From Paramicrosporidium saccamoebae KSL3 (taxonomy: Eukaryota; Fungi; Cryptomycota), in NCBI GenBank assembly GCA_002794465.1, contig MTSL01000179.1, positions 43,345 through 57,732 of the forward strand: a DNA stretch of 14,388 bases, given 5' to 3'. A model generated the notes under the pieces. That model made no database searches. It worked only from the letters and a program-made list of their open reading frames with translations, and was not told where the DNA came from. Numbering within the stretch: the stretch's first letter is position 1; every line of letters begins with the position of its first letter. A program made the translations under genes and the position numbers. Shown here piece after piece: positions 7,669 through 14,388 of the stretch.

Positions 7669-8688
7669 TCATGTGAGAGCGTTTAATAAGGCTGTAAGGG
7701 GCGTTAGATGTGTATAAATATTCAGTTTTTTTGATAGATCGGCATGGAAGGATAAAAGTTCATCCAGCTGGTCTGTATTGAACAACAATCCGTCCCTGAC
7801 CAGTCGATAGAAGACGGTATAGTATTCCAGGGCAGTTGTATTCTCTAGCATTGTGTTGCAAACTTCCTCAACATTGTGACCAGCTCGGAGCAGCATATCA
7901 CAGTACATTTGCACAGCACAAAATTGGTGTGCAACTGGCAACACAATAATTGGGTGGCACTCCTCAATTCGTAACAACAGCAGAAGCATTCGATATAAAA
8001 GAGTTTCGTGATCATTGAATAAGGCAATCAGACCCAAACTACCCTGCCATGCGTCCCATGGGATTAGGGGAGCGAGGTGGGTGGGGACGATTCCAGTCTG
8101 AAAAACATTCCGGGCATGATGGATGAGGAGACGGAGGAGGAAGATGCGAGCGGATGGAACCACACTATTGGAAATCAGTCCAAGGAGCTCGGCAGGCGGG
8201 ATGATACGCGTCTCACCGACGCAGTTTTGCAGAATTGTCTGACAGTCGGTGGAGGAGGCGAGCTCTATAGTGTCGGCCAGAGACAAGCAATCCACTCTCA
8301 AGAGACCAGCCGCAATCCGGAATTTATATGTGGAATATAATCTGCAACCTGGCATTAGCCTTTTTGGTAGTTTGGAAATTAGCTGTTTTGGTAGTTCGGG
8401 CATGGGACAGCTAGCCTTGGTCAACAACCGGCAACAATCCAACAACCAAACTAATCCGTATGGAGGCAATGCCATAAACGAATCAAATGAGTCATAAATG
8501 GTCAGTGCGCACAATGCAATTGTTGCAGACTGTGGAGCACGCAATGCATGACGACAGGACTGCAGAAAGACAAGCTGGCACTCAGAGGTCCAGGTTGTCA
8601 CTTCCGGCAAAGTTCCTGGCAAAGGTTCACTCCAGAATTGCTTCCAAAATTGAAACAAATCAAAACGACAACTGGATGCAAAAATCAT
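7669..8688 (-). CDS. Hypothetical helical protein (339 aa), possibly a divergent Lines (LINS1)-like protein
   Basis: A long Leu-rich ORF that fills the gap between ITFG1 and the next gene, so the CDS is likely real. Segments LIALFNDHETLLYRMLLLLL, MYCDMLLRAGHNVEEVCNTMLENTTALEYYTVFYR and LSKKLNIYTHLTPLTALL appear in the same order as Lines motifs as I remember them; the family call is weak (about 0.35). Confidence 0.75.
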   Translation of the reverse strand: MIFASSCRFDLFQFWKQFWSEPLPGTLPEVTTWTSECQLVFLQSCRHALRAPQSATIALCALTIYDSFDSFMALPPYGLVWLLDCCRLLTKASCPMPELPKQLISKLPKRLMPGCRLYSTYKFRIAAGLLRVDCLSLADTIELASSTDCQTILQNCVGETRIIPPAELLGLISNSVVPSARIFLLRLLIHHARNVFQTGIVPTHLAPLIPWDAWQGSLGLIALFNDHETLLYRMLLLLLRIEECHPIIVLPVAHQFCAVQMYCDMLLRAGHNVEEVCNTMLENTTALEYYTVFYRLVRDGLLFNTDQLDELLSFHADLSKKLNIYTHLTPLTALLNALT

Positions 8689-8738
8689 GCATTAATGATT
8701 GTGCGTGGAAGAGAATATATCTAAGACCAGGGATAAAG

Positions 8739-8803
8739 GTGACGTAGGGGTAGAGGTAGAGGATTGATTAGTTGGCTATGTGACGTAGAGGGTTGATTAG
8801 TTG
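8739..8803. repeat. Imperfect direct repeat GTGACGTAG...TTGATTAGTTG (2 copies)
   Basis: GTGACGTAG at 8739 and 8780; TTGATTAGTTG at 8764 and 8793; copy 1 carries an extra 12 nt (TAGAGG-type duplication). Confidence 0.8.
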
Positions 8804-8982
8804 AGTGCTTGTGTGCTAGAGTGGATCGCTTTGCTGGATGTTTGAGGACAGTGAGCTTGCGTATCCATACTATTCTAGGATTAGCAGTAAACAGGTTTCC
8901 GCATGACTTGGGTCGTGGTATTATCCCCGCTACGTGACAAAGGGTTTGTCAATGATTGTAAGTTTGTGTTTATTAGTCCATT

Positions 8983-9024
8983 CTAATCAGCCCATCCTAA
9001 TCAACTCGTCCTAATCAGCCCATC
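8983..9024. repeat. 3 x 14-bp tandem repeat (CTAATCA core)
   Basis: CTAATCAGCCCATC / CTAATCAACTCGTC / CTAATCAGCCCATC at 8983, 8997 and 9011; copies 1 and 3 are identical. Confidence 0.85.
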
Positions 9025-9079
9025 CAACGTTTCATTGCAAGATGTAACAGTTTATTTAATGGGATTTTAGTTAGACCCT

Positions 9080-10489
9080 TTAGGCCTCGACGATGCTGAC
9101 CGACTTTCTAGAGCGGTGCCCACGCCGCGATCCCCGACTCCACTTGGAATTATGTCTCTTTCGGGAATTGTATCGACTGACAGTCTTTTGGGGCGTGACT
9201 TTATCTGCAGGTACGTCAGACTCTTCCGACTCCATCTCATTGTAAAATTCTTCCTCGTCAATTATCTGAGACTTTTCAGTTTTGCGATCCGACCGACGAC
9301 TTTTTTCAGAAAGCGCACGGATGATATTGCGTTGGGAGCTTTCCCACTTGTCAGCTTGAACGGTAACCTTGGAATGCCTAGACTTGGAGCTCTTTGGCGT
9401 AATAATGCTAGACGTCTTTTCCAAGACTTCGTTGCTCGCCCATTCATCGTAGGCACCGGTGCTGGTGCTTGAGGATGAGCCAAGCAGGCTTTTGACGGGA
9501 TTGACGTCGGCTCTGCTGAGGGATTCCAGATATGGAATACGCTGATTCTTGGGAATGGTGCTCCGCTCCCCCTTGGTGCCAGCGTAAGCAGTGATCAACT
9601 GTTGGTAGTGAGGGCACTTGGAAATGTCAGCCTCAGGAACCTCTTTGTGAGGACTATTTGCATCCTCAATGAGTTCCTCAACAATCTCGCCCTCAAAACT
9701 GCTTTCATCCTCAATAACCTCTTGATCTTCATTACTCGCCTCGTCTTCCGACTCGAAGGGTAAGGTAGAGTCTCCAGAGTCAACATGTTCACGATGATAT
9801 GCTTCCAGGAATTGGCCAACTCGCTCATTTTCCTTAATCTGTTGGGGGGCGATGGTCAGTTCAAGACCCTCTGCAAGCTCATGGACATTACGACCGGCCA
9901 GGATGGCATCTACTAATGCGTCATTGACATAGGACACGACAGTTTGGTCCTCCTCACCACAGACCGGATCCAGCCCAAAGAGCTCGCGGAGAATCTGACT
10001 ATTGAATTCAAAGTTTTCATTGGTGAGTGCTATCGCAGGGTGCATAGCGCGGAGATCATCAACAGCTTGGAAGCATTCGTTGCAAAGGTCAACTCCCAGG
10101 GTCGCAGGACTCTCCTTTGCCAAGTCAGCCAGCAATGCGTTGCGGATATCACGCATACGGGACGGCTGATTATCAGCCGGGAGCTTAAAGGTCTTTATTT
10201 TCTCCAGAAGCTCAATCTTTTGCGCCACGGAGAGTAGGGGGAGCAAGTTGGTATTTATAGCCCGGGCTTCTTGACGCACGATTCTGTCGAAACGGAGCAG
10301 CTCAAAGGGTTTTGCGACAGCAGCACCGCGGATGGCCCTTGTTATAGCACTTCCCAGGTTGTCAGGTTCAATGGACTCGCCAACCGTATCAATGGTCACC
10401 GACTTGCCATTGTAGACAAGGTAAAGTTCAGCATGGGCCTGCGCAATGTAGTAGGCAGAGAGGAGAGCAAGACTTGCTTTTAACTGCAT
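9080..10489 (-). CDS. Secreted hypothetical protein (469 aa) with an acidic linker and a Ser/Arg/Lys-rich C-terminus
   Basis: The first ATG (10489) gives MQLKASLALLSAYYIAQAHA, a likely signal peptide with A-H-A cleavage. It is followed by an approximately 210-aa helical-looking domain, an acidic tract (ESEDEASNEDQEVIEDESSFEGEIVEE) and a basic tail SRKRHNSKWSRGSRRGHRSRK. No family recognised. Confidence 0.85.
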   Translation of the reverse strand: MQLKASLALLSAYYIAQAHAELYLVYNGKSVTIDTVGESIEPDNLGSAITRAIRGAAVAKPFELLRFDRIVRQEARAINTNLLPLLSVAQKIELLEKIKTFKLPADNQPSRMRDIRNALLADLAKESPATLGVDLCNECFQAVDDLRAMHPAIALTNENFEFNSQILRELFGLDPVCGEEDQTVVSYVNDALVDAILAGRNVHELAEGLELTIAPQQIKENERVGQFLEAYHREHVDSGDSTLPFESEDEASNEDQEVIEDESSFEGEIVEELIEDANSPHKEVPEADISKCPHYQQLITAYAGTKGERSTIPKNQRIPYLESLSRADVNPVKSLLGSSSSTSTGAYDEWASNEVLEKTSSIITPKSSKSRHSKVTVQADKWESSQRNIIRALSEKSRRSDRKTEKSQIIDEEEFYNEMESEESDVPADKVTPQKTVSRYNSRKRHNSKWSRGSRRGHRSRKSVSIVEA

Positions 10490-10578
10490 ATAGTTCAAGT
10501 TGCTGTGGCGGGGTCACGCTGTCATTTTATACCCGCCATCGATTCCCCAAAATTGCAAGATCTAATCTATTCAGTTGT

Positions 10579-10978
10579 CCAATCATCCAACGAGATTCAA
10601 TCTCAGCCACCAAATTAATAATGGTCGCATTACATATTGCATTCTTTTGGGGCTAACATAGTTGTCCCGGCTGTAAATATTATTGAAGCAACGGACCAAG
10701 ACTAATTGTAGCACCATGTTGCATAGTAAGGAGCAACACCACAGATAGGAAGGAACTCGTTTCCTATCAATGCGTGAGTGAGCCCACAAATATGAACCGA
10801 ATATGTCTGCCCCATGGGGTCTCTACAGTTCATCTAAATATCAGCCCCATTCTATGGATAAAGCCCTCCGATCCTCGCCTATATGTCACAGTTGTGCGCT
10901 CAAAGTAGCCAATCGACACACCCTTTATGAGGCCTGCACAGTGATTGGTTAACGGTTTTGGCGATACGATTGGCCAAT
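10579..10978. promoter_or_regulatory. CCAAT boxes in the divergent intergenic region
   Basis: CCAATCA at 10579 (90 bp from ATG 10489); CCAATCG at 10909, TGATTGG at 10942 and GATTGGCCAAT at 10968 (75-145 bp upstream of ATG 11053). Confidence 0.5.
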
Positions 10979-11052
10979 TCAAGTTTCACCCGATGAGACA
11001 TGTTTGATAAGCTCCCCGATAGTGTCGCGGCCACAGGGCGCTATCCACCCCA

Positions 11053-12084
11053 ATGACTATAAGAATAATGGAAGACTCTGAGAAACCAAAGCTATACGTC
11101 CGCGTGGAACCCATGGCACAGCCAACAGAGTGCTCCAACCCAAAACTCTCCTCTTTGGCCATGGTCAACGACGACCTCTCCCCCGTCCTCATCAACAACG
11201 AGCACTTTACCGGCCATCTGGTGTTCCGTGTGCGCGACTTTCATGGCTGGACGCCTCTGGATGAGAAGAAAAAACCCAAAGCCCCGCTGAAGGATTGTCC
11301 CCACTACTTTTCTGGCCATCGTCGGACCTTTTCTCTGCAGCTCAGCGGACGGTTTCGGAAGCAATGGACCGGTGACGATGTAATGTTTGGAACCTTTTTC
11401 AAGAAAAAGATGGAATTGCCACGTGGAAGCGGTTTGGCATTGGCATTTGCGCAGCGGATTGATCCGTCGATGGAATATGATTTGTACAGTGATCATCCCT
11501 ACATTTGTTCGCCCATCCTCTGTGCCATGAATACGGTGCACATCCAACCTCTCCTAGCCCGGATATCCCCCAGACCGAGCACTATGAAGAGTCCTGACCT
11601 GCGGACTTCTATGCGGAGGTCACTCTATGAGACTGCTCTTCTGAGCCAGGAAGACGCCTCGCGTGGCATCAAGGAGCCGCTCACTCTGCCGGAATGGTCC
11701 TACGGAGGAAAGCATGAGATTCTCGAGGAGAATTTGCTGTCAGCCTGGCCGTCCTGGACATTAGGCTCCACCTACCGGTCTACCGGCAGCGACCAGGATG
11801 TCTCTGGAGCTCTCCTCAAGGCCGTCAGCAAAAACAAAACAGGCGCGGCCCATCGTCGACAATGGTTCCTCGATGAGAAACATCGGAAAAAGTTCATTTT
11901 CCACCCGGACACTGTTTACAGTTTTGACTTTGCCAGTCCGTATGTGGACATGAATGAGCTGACGCTAAAGATGGGAATAAGCATTAATGCTGGACGTTAT
12001 TTGGGCGGACAGCCTGTACGTTATGAATGTAGGTCGCGAGATGGAAAGACTTTATTCTGGGCTGTTGAGTTGGGTTTGTTGTAA
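11053..12084 (+). CDS. DUF1769 family protein (343 aa; alternative start at 11068)
   Basis: INNEHFTGHLVFRVRDF, YFSGHRRTFSLQLSGRF, GDDVMFG, IDPSMEYDLYSDHPYICSPILCAMN, RRQWFLDEKHRKKFIF, YSFDFASPYVD and GQPVRY match the fungal DUF1769 motif series as I recall it. Confidence 0.88.
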   Translation: MTIRIMEDSEKPKLYVRVEPMAQPTECSNPKLSSLAMVNDDLSPVLINNEHFTGHLVFRVRDFHGWTPLDEKKKPKAPLKDCPHYFSGHRRTFSLQLSGRFRKQWTGDDVMFGTFFKKKMELPRGSGLALAFAQRIDPSMEYDLYSDHPYICSPILCAMNTVHIQPLLARISPRPSTMKSPDLRTSMRRSLYETALLSQEDASRGIKEPLTLPEWSYGGKHEILEENLLSAWPSWTLGSTYRSTGSDQDVSGALLKAVSKNKTGAAHRRQWFLDEKHRKKFIFHPDTVYSFDFASPYVDMNELTLKMGISINAGRYLGGQPVRYECRSRDGKTLFWAVELGLL

Positions 12085-12183
12085 GCAGGACTATAAGAAA
12101 TAGTTTTTTGCTGGTCCGTTGAATGCCGTAAAGAGCCAAGAATCAACAGCAAAGAGCAGAGATAATAAACGTTACATGACATT

Positions 12184-12639
12184 TCAACGACTGGTTTCAT
12201 CTGTATAGTCACAATCCCCATCCACATTGTCATCGCTATTCAAATCTACATCTTCGCTCGCGTCTCCTTCAGAGGTACTGTCGGCTTCTAGAAACTCTTC
12301 GCCATCAATTCCTAGTCCTTGGAATATCCTTCTAAAATCAATTTCAGCTCCAAGCCGTTGCCTCAGCTCATCAATTACTAGTACTACGGCTTCTCGCCAT
12401 TTGGAAATTTTATCGTCCAGGTCAGCATGCTCGCTCCGGGCCTTATTCAGCATTTTCAGCTTCCTCAGCCGGTCCTGTTCCTCCAACAGTTGCTTCCGTA
12501 GACTCTGCGTAACAGCATTATGTTTTGCACGCTTAAGTTGGCCTGCATCAATATAGAGTGTCTCCTCGCCACATGAGACGGCAACAGATTGTCCGCTTCC
12601 GGTAGTGGAAAGGGTAATACCGCGCGGTCGACCAATCAT
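12184..12639 (-). CDS. SFR1: SFR1/Mei5-like Swi5-dependent recombination factor (151 aa; start uncertain)
   Basis: A coiled coil LRKQLLEEQDRLRKLKML, then DLDDKISKWREAVVLVIDELR...IDFRRIFQGLGID, matching the Mei5/Sfr1 C-terminal pattern (L-x-x-x-I-x-KW-R...EL...L-x-I-D); acidic tail. Confidence 0.68.
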   Translation of the reverse strand: MIGRPRGITLSTTGSGQSVAVSCGEETLYIDAGQLKRAKHNAVTQSLRKQLLEEQDRLRKLKMLNKARSEHADLDDKISKWREAVVLVIDELRQRLGAEIDFRRIFQGLGIDGEEFLEADSTSEGDASEDVDLNSDDNVDGDCDYTDETSR

Positions 12640-12696
12640 AGCACAGTACCGATTGAACTTTTGCTTTTGACCCCTTGTTGCAAGAGAGTAGTGGGC

Positions 12697-13950
12697 ATGT
12701 CCAGAAAAAGAACTCTGGAGGATTCCACATCCGAGGCGGAATCATCTGCAGCGTCGGCCGTGGACAGTGATGCAGAGGAGCGTGAAGCGAATCGTGCGAG
12801 ACGAGAGGCGGCACGAAGATATTTGGAGAGTCTCCAGGAAACAGCACTGTCGGGGAGACTTGATGCCACAGAGACTGTAGAGGATGAGACGGTGGATGCA
12901 GAAGCAGTGGATAGAGAAAATATTGCGGCTCGTCTCAGACAGGATGTATTACAGACCCGAGGAAAGGTATTCCGTAACCTGGCTGAAGAATACCGACAAG
13001 ACACACCCGCGCCTATGCGCACCCTAAAGGGCCCTAACTATACACCAACCTGTGTGGCATTCAGTGCTGACGGTGCCAGTGTCTTTGCCGGCTTTAAAAG
13101 CGGCGACATTTTGCAATGGAATGTTGTGACTGGTGCCAAAATGCACACCTTTGTCCGTGGCCACTCGGACCATGTGCTATGTATGGCTGTCAGTCCCGAT
13201 GGTGTCCATTTGGTAAGCGGTGGAAAGGACAAGTTGGTGCATGTTTGGTCCATTCCCGAGAGGAAATTACTGACCACATTCAAGTCGCATCGTGGACCAG
13301 TCACTGGACTCGCCTTCCAACTGGCCAGTCGTACCCTCTTCTCAGCCTCCACAGACCGAACTGTAAAGCTATGGGACATGGAACAGTTGGCCTATGTGGA
13401 CACACTCTTTGGCCATCAGGACGAGGTCATCTGTGTTGATGCACTGAGTCAGGAACGCTGTCTTACAGTGGGAGCTCGAGATCGGACTGTTCGTTTGTGG
13501 AAGGTACCAGAAGAGTCACAATTGGTGTTTCGTGGATTAGAGGATGCCGGCGGACGCATCGACGTTGCCACTCTGATTGATTCGCAGCATTTTGCCAGTG
13601 CCTCTGACACCGGCGCTATCTCTCTTTGGGGTATGCACAAGAAGAAGCCACTGACTACGCAATATGATGCACATACAGCCGGTGTCACTTGTTTGTATAG
13701 CTTCCGGCTGACAGACTTGCTCATCTCTGCATCCGACGACGGCATGGTTAGGCTGTGGAGGGTGGACACTGAGTCTTATCGATCCCTGGAACTGATCCGG
13801 GAAATCCCAGTCACTGGAACCGTCAACGGTGTGGTGTTAAATGAAGACGGCTCCAAAATGGCCCTCGCGGTAGGAAAAGATCATCGTTTGGGCCGGTGGA
13901 ATGTCAACAAGTCTGCCAAAAATAGAATTGTTCTTGTAGACCTGAAATAA
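12697..13950 (+). CDS. RRP9: U3 snoRNP WD40 protein Rrp9 / U3-55K (417 aa from ATG 12697)
   Basis: Basic start MSRKR; acidic N-terminus with RREAARRYLESL and IAARLRQDVL; WD40 repeats; family motifs TLFGHQDEV...ERCLTVGARDRTVRLWKVPEESQLVFRG and AVGKDHRLGRW. Confidence 0.95.
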   Translation: MSRKRTLEDSTSEAESSAASAVDSDAEEREANRARREAARRYLESLQETALSGRLDATETVEDETVDAEAVDRENIAARLRQDVLQTRGKVFRNLAEEYRQDTPAPMRTLKGPNYTPTCVAFSADGASVFAGFKSGDILQWNVVTGAKMHTFVRGHSDHVLCMAVSPDGVHLVSGGKDKLVHVWSIPERKLLTTFKSHRGPVTGLAFQLASRTLFSASTDRTVKLWDMEQLAYVDTLFGHQDEVICVDALSQERCLTVGARDRTVRLWKVPEESQLVFRGLEDAGGRIDVATLIDSQHFASASDTGAISLWGMHKKKPLTTQYDAHTAGVTCLYSFRLTDLLISASDDGMVRLWRVDTESYRSLELIREIPVTGTVNGVVLNEDGSKMALAVGKDHRLGRWNVNKSAKNRIVLVDLK

Positions 13951-14028
13951 ACTAATTTCGTCCGGGTGAGATTGGGATCCGTATCTGGGCGGTGGTTCCA
14001 ATCGTGGATGGGCTACCCCACAATCTAG

Positions 14029-14388
14029 ATGGCTGCCACCAAATCTAGTTTGGTAAAACATCATTTCTGTTTACAAACAGACCTTTTATTGGAATCTGTA
14101 TTTACGCACAATAGGTCCCCAGTCAATTAAAGTCTGTAGGTGCCCAGGGCGCTCTTGCAATAAGTGTCTCAATGGATATTATGGCAGACAGGACTGAAAA
14201 GGGCCATTATCTGTCTGTTTGGGGATACATACGACCACTGATAGCCATATGTGTCTTGTTAGGCGGCGGAATGCTGCTGTTCTGGGTAGTGGGCAGGCTT
14301 GGAGTGGGAGGCCACGTGGTTGATCGGCAACATTGCTCATGCGATTGCTTTGACCGTCGTATCAAGAACGGCTACTACAACCCGGCGA
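14029..14388 (+). CDS. 5' part of an uncharacterised membrane protein with a CxCxC motif; tentative join(14029..14052,14081..14114,14140..>14388), or a simple start at 14172
   Basis: The frame is open from 14142 to the window end: ...MDIMADRTEKGHYLSVWGYIRPLIAICVLLGGGMLLFWVVGRLGVGGHVVDRQHCSCDCFDRRIKNGYYNPA (TM helix, then a Cys motif). Two GT..AG segments of 28 and 25 nt join the upstream ATG at 14029 in frame; CCAAT-type boxes lie at 13970 and 13998. Confidence 0.65.

Noticed and set aside
3212-9024. Short repeats (38-bp and 14-bp units) as CRISPR-like arrays
   Set aside because: Only 2-3 copies, no unique spacers, no cas genes, and a eukaryotic context.
9595-9625. KCPH motif in the 469-aa protein as a heme-regulatory motif
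   Set aside because: A single short CP motif without supporting context.
1-10489. A co-functional cell-surface cluster (MCD4, two secreted orphans, ITFG1)
   Set aside because: Interleaved with unrelated housekeeping genes (TAF4, DMAC1-like, Lines-like); gene density explains the proximity without a cluster.
10583-10789. 68-aa minus-strand ORF
   Set aside because: TTG start, no motifs, and it overlaps a CCAAT box.
2828-12696. Upstream extensions in the ORF track (starts 2828, 5532, 10498, 12589)
   Set aside because: They use TTG/GTG or run through promoter motifs; downstream ATGs (2885, 5583, 10489, 12697) give proper signal peptides or a family-typical N-terminus.
5620-13769. Many short nested or antisense ORFs within ITFG1, the Lines-like gene, the 469-aa gene, DUF1769 and RRP9 (e.g. 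7113..7592, 8077..8340, 9116..9472, 11092..11547, 12636..13022)
   Set aside because: Explained as alternative-frame shadows of longer, better-supported genes.
1-14388. tRNA, rRNA, snRNA genes and transposons
   Set aside because: By eye I saw no T-loop/cloverleaf, rRNA or U1/U2/U5/U6 signatures, no transposase or reverse transcriptase ORFs and no long terminal repeats; an Infernal/tRNAscan run would be needed to exclude divergent ncRNAs.

Overview
Eukaryotic window from a very gene-dense, fungus-like genome with intergenic gaps of about 60-560 bp and ultra-short spliceosomal introns (25-35 nt). The gene content and architecture fit an early-diverging fungal or Rozellomycota lineage such as Paramicrosporidium; this is inference and was not checked by a search. 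Gene order: GPI ethanolamine-phosphate transferase 1 (MCD4/PIGN, minus, a 32-nt intron restores the true C-terminus, 3' end at the window edge); a small secreted orphan; TAF4 with an unexpected RST-like N-terminal domain; a spliced DMAC1/DUF4536-like microprotein missed by the ORF track; ITFG1/LINKIN (TIP); a divergent, possibly Lines-like protein; a 469-aa secreted orphan with a basic NLS-like tail; a DUF1769 protein; an SFR1/Mei5-like recombination factor; RRP9; and the 5' part of a membrane protein running off the right edge. Intergenic DNA carries recurrent CCAAT boxes (three phased exactly 23 bp apart) and short tandem repeats. I saw no rRNA, tRNA, CRISPR array or mobile element. I found no convincing new multi-gene system; the best leads are the RST-like TAF4 domain, the hidden spliced genes and tiny introns, the two secreted orphans and the phased promoter motifs. 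All family assignments are by motif recognition from memory, not database searches.
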